A stretch of DNA of 64,000 nucleotides from Patescibacteria group bacterium (GCA_040389365.1 JAZKAB010000003.1:7357-71356), one strand, 5' to 3'. Shown: positions 29,313 to 39,742, counted from the first letter of the stretch. A program made the numbers and translations. The notes: generated from the letters alone by a model not told the origin.

Positions 29313-30779
29313 ATGGCATCTATTGAAGAACTACGGTCTGACCGATTAAAAAAGAAAACGCTGCTTGAAGAAAAAGGCATCAACCCTTATCCTGCAGACA
29401 CCGGCCGCACCGATACCATTGCTGCGTTTATTGCAGCCTTTGCCACCTACGAGTCGCAGAAAAATACTGTTGCATTGGCGGGACGCATCATGAGCAAGCG
29501 CGGGCAGGGCGGCATAACGTTCTGCGATCTGTATGACGGTACGGGACGAATACAGGCCTTTTTCAAGGCAGATGAGATGGATGCTGCAGCGTACGAGCTG
29601 TTTAACGATACTATTGATATCGGCGACTTTGTTACTATAACCGGCACGGCATACACAACGCAGCGCGGGGCTCAGAGCATTTTTGTCAGCGACTGGAAGA
29701 TGCTAACAAAAAGCCTGCTGCCTATTCCTGACGCGCACTATGGCATGAAGGATGAAGAAGAGCGTTTCAGGAAGCGATACCTTGATATTCTGATGAATGA
29801 AGAGGTGAAGGATATTGTCTACAAGCGTTCTATTTTTTGGAATACGATTCGCCAGTACTTGCTTGAAAAGTCTTTTGTTGAAGTTGAGACGCCGATCCTA
29901 GAAAACACGACAGGCGGCGCTGATGCGCGCCCATTTATTACGCACCACAACGCGCTCGACATCGATGTCTTTCTTCGTATTTCAGCAGGAGAGCTATGGC
30001 AGAAGAAGCTGCTTGTGGCAGGCATTCCTCGCACCTTTGAAATTGGCAGAATTTTTCGAAATGAAGGCATTTCAAACGAGCACCTGCAGGATTATACGCA
30101 GCTTGAATACTACATGGCATACAGCGACTATGTTGAGGGTATGGAGATGACGAAAGAACTCTATTGCCTTATCGCGCAGAAGACATTCGGCAAGACAGTC
30201 TTTAGCATTCGCGGGTATGAGGTAGATTTTGACAAGGAATGGGAAATCTATGATTTCGTGAAAGTAATTGAAGACAATTACGGCATCAATGCGCTTGATA
30301 CAACCCTTGAAGCCATTGAGGCAGCGCTTAAGAAGCACGACATCGCATACGATCCTAAGGGCATGAACGTTGAACGAGGCGTTGATCTTCTTTGGAAAAA
30401 AGTGCGCAAGACATTGTCTGGCCCAGGCTTCCTAATCAATGTGCCGGTATACCTTGAACCGCTTGCAAAGCGCAGTCGCACTAACGGCCAAACGGTGGAA
30501 CGCTTTCAGGTTATTCTGGCTGGCAGCGAAATGGGCAAGGGCTTTAGCGAGCTCAATGATCCTGTTGACCAGCGCTCACGATTCGAGCATCAGCAGGCAT
30601 TGCGCGATGCAGGGGACGACGAGGCGCAGATGGCCGATATGGAGTTCGTAGAGGCACTGGAGCACGGCATGCCGCCAGCATTCGGCTTTGGCCTCTCTGA
30701 GCGACTGTTTAGCTTCCTGATGGACAAGCCAGTGCGAGAAGCGCAGATTTTCCCGCTGATGCGACCAAAAAGCGAATAA
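29313..30779 (+). CDS. lysS: Lysine--tRNA ligase (class II)
   Basis: AGRIMSKR, RYLD, GGADARPF.THHNALD, GMPPA.G.G...ERL. Confidence 0.97.
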   Translation: MASIEELRSDRLKKKTLLEEKGINPYPADTGRTDTIAAFIAAFATYESQKNTVALAGRIMSKRGQGGITFCDLYDGTGRIQAFFKADEMDAAAYELFNDTIDIGDFVTITGTAYTTQRGAQSIFVSDWKMLTKSLLPIPDAHYGMKDEEERFRKRYLDILMNEEVKDIVYKRSIFWNTIRQYLLEKSFVEVETPILENTTGGADARPFITHHNALDIDVFLRISAGELWQKKLLVAGIPRTFEIGRIFRNEGISNEHLQDYTQLEYYMAYSDYVEGMEMTKELYCLIAQKTFGKTVFSIRGYEVDFDKEWEIYDFVKVIEDNYGINALDTTLEAIEAALKKHDIAYDPKGMNVERGVDLLWKKVRKTLSGPGFLINVPVYLEPLAKRSRTNGQTVERFQVILAGSEMGKGFSELNDPVDQRSRFEHQQALRDAGDDEAQMADMEFVEALEHGMPPAFGFGLSERLFSFLMDKPVREAQIFPLMRPKSE

Positions 30780-30805
30780 ATAAAAGCCCTTATCGGGCTT
30801 TTATT
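30779..30805 (+). terminator. Intrinsic terminator
   Basis: AATAAAAGCCC-TTATC-GGGCTTTTATT. Confidence 0.75.
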
Positions 30806-30849
30806 GTTTCTTGTGTTTTTCTTGATAGAGGAGGTGATATACTCTTTGT

Positions 30850-31224
30850 ATGAAGAAGTTGAGCAAGACAACTAAGATGGAATCAGACATTGCAGAGATC
30901 AAAGGGCTCGTGTTGCACCTGGTTAAGAAGGTTGATGCTCATGATGCTAGATTTGACCGACTGGAAGAAAAACTAGACCTATCTGTTTCGGAGCTAGCCA
31001 AGGCAACCGCAAAGGGGTTTGAAGCCGTGGATATTCGCTTTGAGCGAGTTGAAAGCCGACTTGAAAAGGTTGAAAACAGATTAGAGAATGTAGAATCTGA
31101 AGTGAAGGGCATTCGATTTGAAATGAATGAAGGGTTTAAGCAAAACCGCCTTGAAATACTAGATGTGCTTGAAAACTATGTGCGCAAAGACGAGCTAAGC
31201 AAGCTTGTGCTCGGTTCGGCTTAG
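30850..31224 (+). CDS. Coiled-coil hypothetical protein with heptad repeats
   Basis: RFERVES/RLEKVEN/RLENVES repeats. TGA-TATACT lies 6 nt before ATG. Confidence 0.7.
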   Translation: MKKLSKTTKMESDIAEIKGLVLHLVKKVDAHDARFDRLEEKLDLSVSELAKATAKGFEAVDIRFERVESRLEKVENRLENVESEVKGIRFEMNEGFKQNRLEILDVLENYVRKDELSKLVLGSA

Positions 31225-31225
31225 C

Positions 31226-32596
31226 TTATTGCAGCGTTGTTCCTGCTGCAGTATCAAGCACTTCATACCCTAATCCTTCAAGCTGCTTTCGCAGCTCGTC
31301 AGACTTCGCAAAGTCTTTTACTGAGCGAGCGTTATCGCGCGCTTCAACAAGCAGCTGCGCTTCGGGAGAGATAGAAAACTTCTGCACTGTGTCGAGATTC
31401 AATCCTAATACCGTATCAAAGCACAGGAGCGTAGCCCACGTGTCTTCTTCAGAAACAGCATTGTCTGCAAGCAGTTCCCATACGGTTGCCAATGCTTTGG
31501 CGGTATTTATATCTTCAGACAGGCCTTCTATAAAGGTCTTTTTATATGCCTCGTTGATGGTGCCGATTTCAGCATGGTGCGCGGCAAACTTCTCGAGCTT
31601 CTTAAGCTGCTGTGCGGCAACTTCCAAAGAGTCCCAGGTAAAGTTCAGGGGCTTTCGGTAGCTTGTTTGCATGAACATGAGGCGAGTCGCGAGCGGGTTG
31701 AACTTGCGCGCAGTTATGTCATCCAGCGTGTAGAAATTCTGCTTGCTCTTTGACATCTTTTCTCCCTCAACGTTCAGGAAGTCATGGTGTATCCAGTATC
31801 GTACGAACTGCTTGTGCGTTGCGCATTCGCTCTGCGCAATTTCGTTTTCATGATGTACGGGAATATGGTCAATGCCGCCTGTATGTATGTCGATAGTTTC
31901 TCCAAGATAGTGCATGGCCATGGCTGAACACTCAATATGCCAGCCGGGAAAGCCTTCGCCCCATGGGCTTGGCCAGTACATGGCATGGTCTACAAACTTG
32001 CCAACACGCTTGAACCACAGAGAGAAGTCTGCAGGGTTTTTCTTGTCAGGGTCGATCACAACCTCATCGCGTACTGCTGTTTCCTTGTCGCTGAGCTTTT
32101 GGCCTGAAAGCTCGCCGTAGTGTTCGTCTTTGGTGACGTCAAAATAGATTGCATGAGATGTTTCGTATGCAATGCCTTCTGCCAAGAGCTTCTCAACGAG
32201 CGCAATCATTTGCGGGATATGGTCAGTTGCCTTTGCTTCAATGACGGGCGGCAATACGTTAACAGCTGCCATGGTGTTGTGGAAATAGTCAGTATAGAAC
32301 TGTGCCACACCCCATACGGTCTTTCCCTCGCTCTGCGCCTTCTTCTCAAACTTGTCGTCCCCGGTATCAGAGTCGTTGGTTAGGTGGCCTACGTCGGTGA
32401 TATTCATGACATGCTGTACGTCATAGCCAATCAAGGCTAGTGTGCGGCGCACGATATCATCGCCAATGTACTTTCGCATATGGCCGATGTGCGTGTAGTC
32501 ATAGACTGTCGGGCCGCAGGCATACATTGTCACCACCCCTTCTTGTAAGGGCGCAAATGCTTCTATAGATCGTGACTTGGTATTGTAGAGCTTCAT
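31226..32596 (-). CDS. cysS: Cysteine--tRNA ligase
   Basis: CGPTVY, HIGH, GFPGWHIECSAM, KMSKS. Confidence 0.97.
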   Translation of the reverse strand: MKLYNTKSRSIEAFAPLQEGVVTMYACGPTVYDYTHIGHMRKYIGDDIVRRTLALIGYDVQHVMNITDVGHLTNDSDTGDDKFEKKAQSEGKTVWGVAQFYTDYFHNTMAAVNVLPPVIEAKATDHIPQMIALVEKLLAEGIAYETSHAIYFDVTKDEHYGELSGQKLSDKETAVRDEVVIDPDKKNPADFSLWFKRVGKFVDHAMYWPSPWGEGFPGWHIECSAMAMHYLGETIDIHTGGIDHIPVHHENEIAQSECATHKQFVRYWIHHDFLNVEGEKMSKSKQNFYTLDDITARKFNPLATRLMFMQTSYRKPLNFTWDSLEVAAQQLKKLEKFAAHHAEIGTINEAYKKTFIEGLSEDINTAKALATVWELLADNAVSEEDTWATLLCFDTVLGLNLDTVQKFSISPEAQLLVEARDNARSVKDFAKSDELRKQLEGLGYEVLDTAAGTTLQ

Positions 32597-33387
32597 ATAA
32601 GGAGGGTTGAGATAGTGAGAAGGATAATAATGATACTGAGGATAATAAGCGATGTGAGACGAGCATTGTTCTTTGCCGTCAGGTGCGAGGCATTGGCGCG
32701 CTGCAGGGAATTGAGCAGCAGGTGCTCAGCTTCTATCTTGCTGCAGGCAACCTCATGCTCTGTACTGATGCGACCCGCAATGGCAAGAGCATCTTCTCCA
32801 AAGCATTGCATGCAGGCTGCGCTATATGCTGCAAGTATTGGCCGATGGGAGTCAATCGACTGCTTGAACGACAAGAGCGTGCGGTCTGTCTGAAAGATGC
32901 CCTTAAGCAGCTGTTCTGCATTGGTGTTGAGCAGCGCATGCTCAATGGTACGGACGCGATTGGAAATATGCGACAGGTCTTTGAGTGCGATGGCATAGAC
33001 ATGCTTCATAAGCTCGGCAAAGAGCATGGCACCATCTGTTGGGATCTGATGGTATTCCGGCTTCTCAACATGCTCAAACAGGCTGCCAAAGGCCTTTATA
33101 GCCTCTATGCTGCCAGCATGGGCCGTTATCAGGAACTTCCTGCCGACAATGACCGTTAAGGGGTGTACTGACACCATGGTGCCATTGCTGCTGATACGGG
33201 GAATAGGGAGGTGGATAGAAATGCAATGCTCATATGCTTCAACTGTTTTCAGGGGACTTTCTGAGAATAGTGCCTCTTCAATATGCTTGGCCAGGCCAAA
33301 TTCTTCGCTCAAATGCAGCATTTCTTCCCGAGTTGGCGATTCGAGGTCAATCCAGGCAAGCCCGTGGTAGGTATAGCGGGAAATCAT
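32593..33387 (-). CDS. CorA-like protein, C-terminally short (no GMN motif)
   Basis: 'WIDLESPTREE', long helical stalk, single C-terminal TM. ATGA overlap with cysS. Confidence 0.7.
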   Translation of the reverse strand: MISRYTYHGLAWIDLESPTREEMLHLSEEFGLAKHIEEALFSESPLKTVEAYEHCISIHLPIPRISSNGTMVSVHPLTVIVGRKFLITAHAGSIEAIKAFGSLFEHVEKPEYHQIPTDGAMLFAELMKHVYAIALKDLSHISNRVRTIEHALLNTNAEQLLKGIFQTDRTLLSFKQSIDSHRPILAAYSAACMQCFGEDALAIAGRISTEHEVACSKIEAEHLLLNSLQRANASHLTAKNNARLTSLIILSIIIILLTISTLLI

Positions 33388-33477
33388 TGTAGGTAGTGTA
33401 CCATTTTTCCATTCTTTATCTACCGGCTTGCAAAATATAGGGAAAAGGGTATACTATTGGCTCATAAATCTAAATCT

Positions 33478-33834
33478 ATGGCAACAGCAAAAAAACCAAC
33501 AAAATCAGTATCTGAAGACACATTCGCCGTTATCAAGACAGGCGGAAAGCAGTATCGCGTAGCGGTAGGCGACACGATCACTATCGAGAAGTTCAAGGAC
33601 GAAAGCAAGAAGGGTGATACAGTATCTTTTGACGAAGTATTGCTCGTAGACGATGGTGCAATGACAAACATCGGTACGCCATTGCTTTCAGGCATTGTAG
33701 TTTCAGGAGAAGTTGTTGTCGTAGGACGCGCTCCAAAGGTAACCGTTATCAAGTATAAGCAGAAAAGCCGATACATGAAGAAGAACGGGCACCGACAGCC
33801 ATACATCAAGGTGAAGATCACTGCGATTGCATAA
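33478..33834 (+). CDS. rplU: 50S ribosomal protein L21
   Basis: FAVIKTGGKQYRV, IGTP, GHRQPY. Confidence 0.96.
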   Translation: MATAKKPTKSVSEDTFAVIKTGGKQYRVAVGDTITIEKFKDESKKGDTVSFDEVLLVDDGAMTNIGTPLLSGIVVSGEVVVVGRAPKVTVIKYKQKSRYMKKNGHRQPYIKVKITAIA

Positions 33835-33835
33835 T

Positions 33836-33866
33836 AAAAAAAGACCCCTATGGGGTCTTTTTTTTT
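33836..33866. terminator. Bidirectional terminator rplU/recR
   Basis: A7-GACCCC-TAT-GGGGTC-T run. Confidence 0.85.
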
Positions 33867-34461
33867 ATTCTCGCTTTTTCAATGATGCTTCTAATGATGC
33901 AGGATCTGCATACTCGAGCTCGGCTCCAGTTGAAAGGCCTCGGCCTAGCGTGCTGATAACGATGGTTCCTTGAGCTGGAGCAAGCAGCTCGCGAAGCGCG
34001 CTGTCAGTATGCTCGCCGTTTGGAGTAATTGGAAAGGCCAGAATGATTTCTTCGATAGCAGATTCTTTTTGCATGCGGTCAATAAGTTTTTGAGCATTGG
34101 TGCCCTGAATAATATCTTTTTGCACGATTGGGATAAGACCCCCCAATACAAAGAAAAGACCGTTGTAGTCAGTCCTGCTAAAGCTTTCGATATCCTGGCT
34201 TTTTTCAACAACCAATACCTTGCCCTGGTCTCGATGCTCATCGCTGCAAATGCTGCACAGTCCTGGTACGCCTTCGAAAATGCGAAGACAACGGCTGCAG
34301 GTATTGGCATGGGCGCGTGCTGCAACAAGGGCACGAGAAAGGGAATCAACGTAGCCTTCTTGCTGGGTAAGGATGAAGTATGCGAAACGACGCGCTTGGC
34401 GGTCGCCAATACCCGGGAATTTCAAGAAGAGCTTTGCAAGACGATCAACTGAGTCATTCAT
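33865..34461 (-). CDS. recR: Recombination protein RecR
   Basis: FPGIG.RQA.R HhH, CSRC/CSIC zinc finger, Toprim, G.ELEYAD. Confidence 0.95.
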   Translation of the reverse strand: MNDSVDRLAKLFLKFPGIGDRQARRFAYFILTQQEGYVDSLSRALVAARAHANTCSRCLRIFEGVPGLCSICSDEHRDQGKVLVVEKSQDIESFSRTDYNGLFFVLGGLIPIVQKDIIQGTNAQKLIDRMQKESAIEEIILAFPITPNGEHTDSALRELLAPAQGTIVISTLGRGLSTGAELEYADPASLEASLKKRE

Positions 34462-34464
34462 AGA

Positions 34465-35850
34465 TTAAAAATCGTCTAGAGAGGCAGCCTTTGCAGGAGG
34501 CATGTGCGCCTTGTCCATGTTAAGGAACGAGGTTGTCTTGCCGTCAAACATGAGCTGCACCATGCCAACTGCACCGTTTCGGTGCTTTTCGATAAGGATT
34601 TCGGTAATGTTGTCCTTCTCGTGCTGCTCCTTGTAGCGGTCTTCGCGGTGAATAAACATCACCAAGTCGGCGTCTTGCTCGATGGAACCAGAGTCTCGAA
34701 GGTCAGACAGGCGAGGGCGGCCGCCACGCGATTCAACCGCACGAGACAGCTGCGATAGCGCCAATACCGGCACATCAAGCTCGCGGGCCAGCTGCTTCAA
34801 TGAGCGGGAGATTTCTGTCACCTGGTTAACCATGTTGTCATAGCTCTTGCTGGTAGTCATAAGCTGCAGATAGTCGATAACGATAAGGCCAAGGCCTTGC
34901 TCGCTCTTCAAGCGGCGCGCAACGGCACGCATCTTAACGATTGAGTTTCCGGCCTGGTCATCAATATAGATAGGCGCCTTTTGCAGGCGGCTGGCTGCTT
35001 CCTGAAGGGCCGTGAAGTGGCCTGGATTAAGGCCGTGACCAGTACGAATGCTCCAGGCATCAACGCGACTCTCAGCTGAGAGCATGCGCTGTACGAGCTG
35101 CTGGGCGCTCATTTCCAATGAGAAGATGCCGACAGGAATACCAGACAAGGCTACGTTTCGCGCCATATCAAGTGCAAATGTCGTCTTTCCCATAGAAGGT
35201 CGAGCGGCTAGGATAATAAGGTCAGACTTTTGCAGTCCGGCAGTCATAGCATCAAGGTCAGCATAGCCAGTTGGCACGCCACGAATCTCGCCCTGGTTTT
35301 CGCTCAGGCGAATAGTCTGCTCCATAGTCTCAATCAATGAAGACTTGATAGAGACGAAGGCATTTTTAACATTCATGCCTGAAGAGATGCGGAAAATGCT
35401 TTTCTCGGCAGTATCAAGAATGTCGGCAACTTCCATTTCGTTCTGGTCATAGGCAATTGTAGCAATGCTTTCTGAGGCATCGATAAGGGAACGAAGAATG
35501 TATTTCTTGTATACGATATCAGCATAGTGCTTGATATTGATGGTTGAAGGCACGTTGCCCATCAGTTCGTTCAGATAGGCATTGCCGCCGATCTCATCAA
35601 GGCATTTCTTCTCCTTCAGCTTGGCTGCAACAGACAATACGTCGATCGGCTCGTTTTTTAAAGACAGCTCGGTAATGGTCTTGTACAGGATGTGATGCTT
35701 TTTAGCATAAAACATTTCCGGAATAAGCAGGTCGACGATGTCATGGATGGCTGCAGGGCGCAGCATCAGCGCGCCAAGTACAGCCTGCTCGGCTTCTAGG
35801 TCGTGCGGGGGAATGCGAAGTGTCGCTGGTGCTCCAGGAGTCTTGTTCAT
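34465..35850 (-). CDS. dnaB: Replicative DNA helicase DnaB
   Basis: PPHDLEAEQAVLG, AARPSMGKT, IDYLQL, LSQLSR, DLRDSGSIEQDAD. No intein. ATG 35850 has TGC-TACAAT 7 nt upstream. Confidence 0.97.
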   Translation of the reverse strand: MNKTPGAPATLRIPPHDLEAEQAVLGALMLRPAAIHDIVDLLIPEMFYAKKHHILYKTITELSLKNEPIDVLSVAAKLKEKKCLDEIGGNAYLNELMGNVPSTINIKHYADIVYKKYILRSLIDASESIATIAYDQNEMEVADILDTAEKSIFRISSGMNVKNAFVSIKSSLIETMEQTIRLSENQGEIRGVPTGYADLDAMTAGLQKSDLIILAARPSMGKTTFALDMARNVALSGIPVGIFSLEMSAQQLVQRMLSAESRVDAWSIRTGHGLNPGHFTALQEAASRLQKAPIYIDDQAGNSIVKMRAVARRLKSEQGLGLIVIDYLQLMTTSKSYDNMVNQVTEISRSLKQLARELDVPVLALSQLSRAVESRGGRPRLSDLRDSGSIEQDADLVMFIHREDRYKEQHEKDNITEILIEKHRNGAVGMVQLMFDGKTTSFLNMDKAHMPPAKAASLDDF

Positions 35851-35945
35851 TGGCTTTATTGTAGCACTAATACACTGCCAGAAAAAATAAGCAGTATTCC
35901 ACCTCCGACCTTCCAAAAGCCCTTATATTTTGGTATGATATCCCC

Positions 35946-36917
35946 ATGGAATCCCCAAAACCTCGCCTCGTGTCAGGCGTTAAGCCGACCGGCCGCATTC
36001 ATGTTGGAAATTATTTTGGCGCTATCAAGCAGTTTATTGATATGCAGAACGACTATGACGCATTCGTCTTCTTGCCGAATTTGCATGCATTGACTGAAAA
36101 CGTGCTGACAAAAGAGGAATTATTGGAACATACCAATAACGCTGTGTTGGACTATCTCGGCGCAGGCCTTGATCCCGAGAAGGTCACCTTCTTCAAGCAG
36201 TCAGACATTATGGCCCATGCAAACCTTGCATGGGTATTGGACTGTCTGGTGACGGTACCATATTTGATGCGCGCTCATGCGTATAAGGATGCAGAGGCGA
36301 AGGGCAAGGAAATAACTGCCGGAACGTTTATGTACCCGGTATTGATGGCAGCAGATATTCTTTTGTATGATGCAAATGTCGTGCCGGTTGGCAGCGACCA
36401 GAAGCAGCATGTTGAATATGCGCGCGATATCGCTATGAAGTTCAATCATCAGTATGGCGAGCACTTTGTTATTCCTGAGCCGTTGATTCAGGAGGCAACT
36501 GGCATCGTGCCGGGCGTTGACGGCCGCAAGATGTCAAAGAGTTATGGCAATACAATTCCATTGTTTGGCACTGACGAAGAAATCACCAAAGCAGTTATGA
36601 CAGTAGTGACTGACTCTCGAGAAAGGAATGAAGTGAAGAATCCTGACGAGCTGGTGCTGTACCAGATTCATAAGCTATTTAATGCAGATCCTGAATTGCG
36701 CGACCAGTATACGCAAGGTCTAGGGTATGGCGATGCGAAGAAAATGCTAGCAGCAGACATTATCAAATATGTAACGCCAATGAGAGAGCGCCGCGCGCAG
36801 TTTGCTGCTAATCCGAAGCTGGTTGAGCAGATCTTGGTGCAGGGTGCATTCAAGGCCAATGACGCGGCAATGAAGAAGATCTTTGACGTGTACGAGGCGG
36901 TGGGGTTGACGCAATAA
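35946..36917 (+). CDS. trpS: Tryptophan--tRNA ligase
   Basis: SGVKPTG, HVGNY, YPVLMAADIL, VPVG.DQ.QH, KMSKS. Confidence 0.97.
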   Translation: MESPKPRLVSGVKPTGRIHVGNYFGAIKQFIDMQNDYDAFVFLPNLHALTENVLTKEELLEHTNNAVLDYLGAGLDPEKVTFFKQSDIMAHANLAWVLDCLVTVPYLMRAHAYKDAEAKGKEITAGTFMYPVLMAADILLYDANVVPVGSDQKQHVEYARDIAMKFNHQYGEHFVIPEPLIQEATGIVPGVDGRKMSKSYGNTIPLFGTDEEITKAVMTVVTDSRERNEVKNPDELVLYQIHKLFNADPELRDQYTQGLGYGDAKKMLAADIIKYVTPMRERRAQFAANPKLVEQILVQGAFKANDAAMKKIFDVYEAVGLTQ

Positions 36918-36918
36918 T

Positions 36919-38745
36919 ATGGAAGATGAAATAGAAGTTAACGATAATTTAAGAGATACTTTTTCAACCGCTAAAAGAGCGGTTGGTTTTGCATACAAGA
37001 ATGAAAAAAGACTCGTAGTATTAACCTTTACATTCGCAATTATCTTAGCGGCTGTTGTCTATCTCCAGGCAACTTCATTTTCCAGTATTGTTAATGAAAT
37101 AGTAAGGATTAAGGAAAATAACCTGGGTATAACCAGAGACCTTATCAATCAGGCTATTCTTCTTGGGGCAACTTTTCTTGTTCCAGCAATTTTGCAAAAC
37201 TTACAGTCTCGGTTTGTAAACGAACTTTCAACAAGGCTAGGAACCCATATCGAAATGCTGCAAATTGATGCGTATTCGGCATTGGATATTGGAACTGTTG
37301 AAGGAACAGAATTTCAGACAAAGCTGCAGCGAGCAAGTAAGTGGGGAACAGGCTCAATTTGGAATGCAGCATATTATGTCCGAATGATCGCTGCAGATAT
37401 CGCAGGCTTTGTTGCATCAGGTTTAGTGTTGTTTTTCATCAATCCATATCTTGTTATCTTGGCGATTGTCGGCGCGTTGCCGTACTATTTTGTTGAAAAT
37501 ATCTATTGCCTGAAGCTATTTCTTCTGTACCATACCCATACAGACGAGAGCCGCATTGGAGGAAATAGAATGCAGTTTTTTAAAGACCCAAAAAAGCTTG
37601 TTGAGATATTGCTTTTTAACATCAAAGGATTGTTTCGAAAGCAAATCAAGGATAATTACGAAATATATGATAACAGCGTTATTAAGGTAGGGCGTCAGCA
37701 GTCCCTTGCGACATTTGGAGCAGATTTTCTTCAGATGGCATGTCTTTTCGCCGCAATTATTTTTGTCACGGTTCAAACTATTAACGGCAATTTGCTCATC
37801 GGATCATTATTTCTAGCCTTTACCGCATACAGAGGGTTTGTAAGTACAAGCCAAGGATTCTTTCAGGATTTTTCAAAGCTAGAAGAGCAGTCACGCTATG
37901 CAAAGCGATGGTTTGATATTTTTGATATTAAGTCAAAAGTTGTTTCAAAGCCTAACGCTGTAAAGCCCGCATGGCTTGTACCGCCACGCATTGAGCTAGA
38001 CAATGTGTCATTTGCCTATCCAGAAAGTGACAAGACAATTCTAAAGAATATTTCAATGACCATTGAAAGCGGAGAAAAGCTTGCAATTGTTGGGCAGAAC
38101 GGTGCAGGAAAGACTACGCTTATTAAGCTTTTATGCAGAGTATATGAACCAACAGAGGGTGCAATTCTAATTGACGGCATTAACCTAAAAGACATCGACC
38201 TAGATTATTGGAGAGAATACCTCGGCGTGCTATTCCAAGATTTCTCTAATTACAATATGACTATTAGGGAGTCTATTGCAATTGCAAAGCCAGATGAGCC
38301 GATTGATGATGAAAAGGTAGTGCTTGCAGCAGAGATGACCGATGCTGACGAATTTATTAAAGAGTTTCCAAACAAATATAACCAGCTTGTATGGAAAGGA
38401 TTTAAGGATGGCGTAGAGCTTTCAAAAGGTCAGTTTCAGCGCATGGCAGTGGCGCGTATCTTCTATAGAGATGCGGCAGTTTCAATTCTCGATGAGCCAA
38501 CATCAGCGATCGATGCTGTTGCAGAGGAAAAAATATTTGACGTGCTTGAGAAGAAAATGGCGGGCAAGACTGTAGTGCTTATTTCTCACCGCTTTAGCAC
38601 TGTTAAGAACGCTGACAAGATTGCGGTTATTGAGCATGGCGAATTGAAAGAAGTCGGGACCCATAAGTCCTTGATGGCCAAGAAAGGCAGATATGAAGAG
38701 CTTTTCAGCATGCAGGCTAACAAGTATTTAGAAACAGAAGCATAG
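36919..38745 (+). CDS. ABC exporter, fused TMD-NBD
   Basis: TM domain plus GQNGAGKT, LSKGQ.QR, ILDEPT, SHR. AT-richer than flanking genes. Confidence 0.92.
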   Translation: MEDEIEVNDNLRDTFSTAKRAVGFAYKNEKRLVVLTFTFAIILAAVVYLQATSFSSIVNEIVRIKENNLGITRDLINQAILLGATFLVPAILQNLQSRFVNELSTRLGTHIEMLQIDAYSALDIGTVEGTEFQTKLQRASKWGTGSIWNAAYYVRMIAADIAGFVASGLVLFFINPYLVILAIVGALPYYFVENIYCLKLFLLYHTHTDESRIGGNRMQFFKDPKKLVEILLFNIKGLFRKQIKDNYEIYDNSVIKVGRQQSLATFGADFLQMACLFAAIIFVTVQTINGNLLIGSLFLAFTAYRGFVSTSQGFFQDFSKLEEQSRYAKRWFDIFDIKSKVVSKPNAVKPAWLVPPRIELDNVSFAYPESDKTILKNISMTIESGEKLAIVGQNGAGKTTLIKLLCRVYEPTEGAILIDGINLKDIDLDYWREYLGVLFQDFSNYNMTIRESIAIAKPDEPIDDEKVVLAAEMTDADEFIKEFPNKYNQLVWKGFKDGVELSKGQFQRMAVARIFYRDAAVSILDEPTSAIDAVAEEKIFDVLEKKMAGKTVVLISHRFSTVKNADKIAVIEHGELKEVGTHKSLMAKKGRYEELFSMQANKYLETEA

Positions 38746-38747
38746 GA

Positions 38748-39095
38748 TTGTCTGTCATGCTGAACTTTAAAGAAGGTACAAAGAAAGGAGCGGTTAAGTA
38801 TTGGCATGCATATGACGGTGATAAAAGAATAGGATATGCGTACATTATTGAAAGTCAGGATCCTAATTTGGGAAAATATTTTTTAATAAATGTGTTTATG
38901 AATAAAACAAGTCAGAGAAAGGGATACGGTTCTCAATTGTTCAGCCGCATAGCTATTCTTAGTGGTTTAAATATGCTGTATGCAAAAAGCAGCAAATCAA
39001 ATACAGGATCTTATAAGGCTGCGTTAAAAGCAGGTTATAGTGAGATTATAAAGCACGCGTTTAAGCAGCGAGTGATGATATGGAAGAAAAACTAA
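38748..39095 (+). CDS. GNAT family acetyltransferase
   Basis: 'QRKGYGSQL' acetyl-CoA motif A, 'N.GS...ALKAGY'. Confidence 0.75.
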   Translation: MSVMLNFKEGTKKGAVKYWHAYDGDKRIGYAYIIESQDPNLGKYFLINVFMNKTSQRKGYGSQLFSRIAILSGLNMLYAKSSKSNTGSYKAALKAGYSEIIKHAFKQRVMIWKKN

Positions 39096-39100
39096 TACCT

Positions 39101-39742
39101 ATGATTATAAAAAGGCTAGACAGTCTTGAAAAAATAGAGAATGTAATTGAACAGATGAAACCTGTTGCAACTTTCATGTCGAATCCAGTAATTATTGATA
39201 ATTTCTTATGCTTAAAGATGGTGATATAAGAAGGAAATATTATTCTGCGGAACGTAATAATATTCAGCTGACCATACGTGATTTTTGCGACAAAGATACA
39301 GAAAAATTAGAATTATTTTGGAAGGAGTGGTCAGAGTATAAATCAACTACAAATGAAAAATTTGTCTCACATACTAAAAATGACCAACGCTTTTTTGATT
39401 GAAATTATTCAAATCATTTTTTTTGGAAAGTGTGCCTATGATGGTGACAAGCTGGTAGGGTACACAATTGGAATTAAGAGTGAAGACGGATTGTGCCTCG
39501 GTGCTTTTAATAAGTGTCTGCGTGGGTATACACAATTAGGATTACAGCTTTTTATAGAAAGAATTAAGCAGGCAAAAATGTTAGGTTTCAAAAGAATTTC
39601 TATTGCAATTGTCAACAATGATTTTAAGAAACAATTTAAGAAAAGCGGTGAATATATCCCGATATATGGATATGAACTATATAGAGATGATGATTTTAAA
39701 ACGCTAAGTCCTAATGGCTATACGTCTGTATTGATAAGATAG
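39101..39742 (+). pseudogene. Fragmented GNAT-fold (DUF2156/aminoacyl-transferase-like) gene
   Basis: Three overlapping short ORFs in different frames (39101-39229, 39208-39402, 39353-39742). Last one has 'DKLVGYTIG...AFNKCLRGYTQLG'. Confidence 0.5.

Noticed and set aside
30826-30837. SD-like GAGGAGGTGA upstream of ORF 30850
   Set aside because: It lies upstream of the TATACT -10, so it is probably untranscribed, and it is too far from the ATG.
32593-32596. Alternative genetic code 25 (TGA=Gly) as in Gracilibacteria/Absconditabacteria
   Set aside because: Conserved genes translate full length under code 11, and TGA serves as a stop in the ATGA overlap with cysS.
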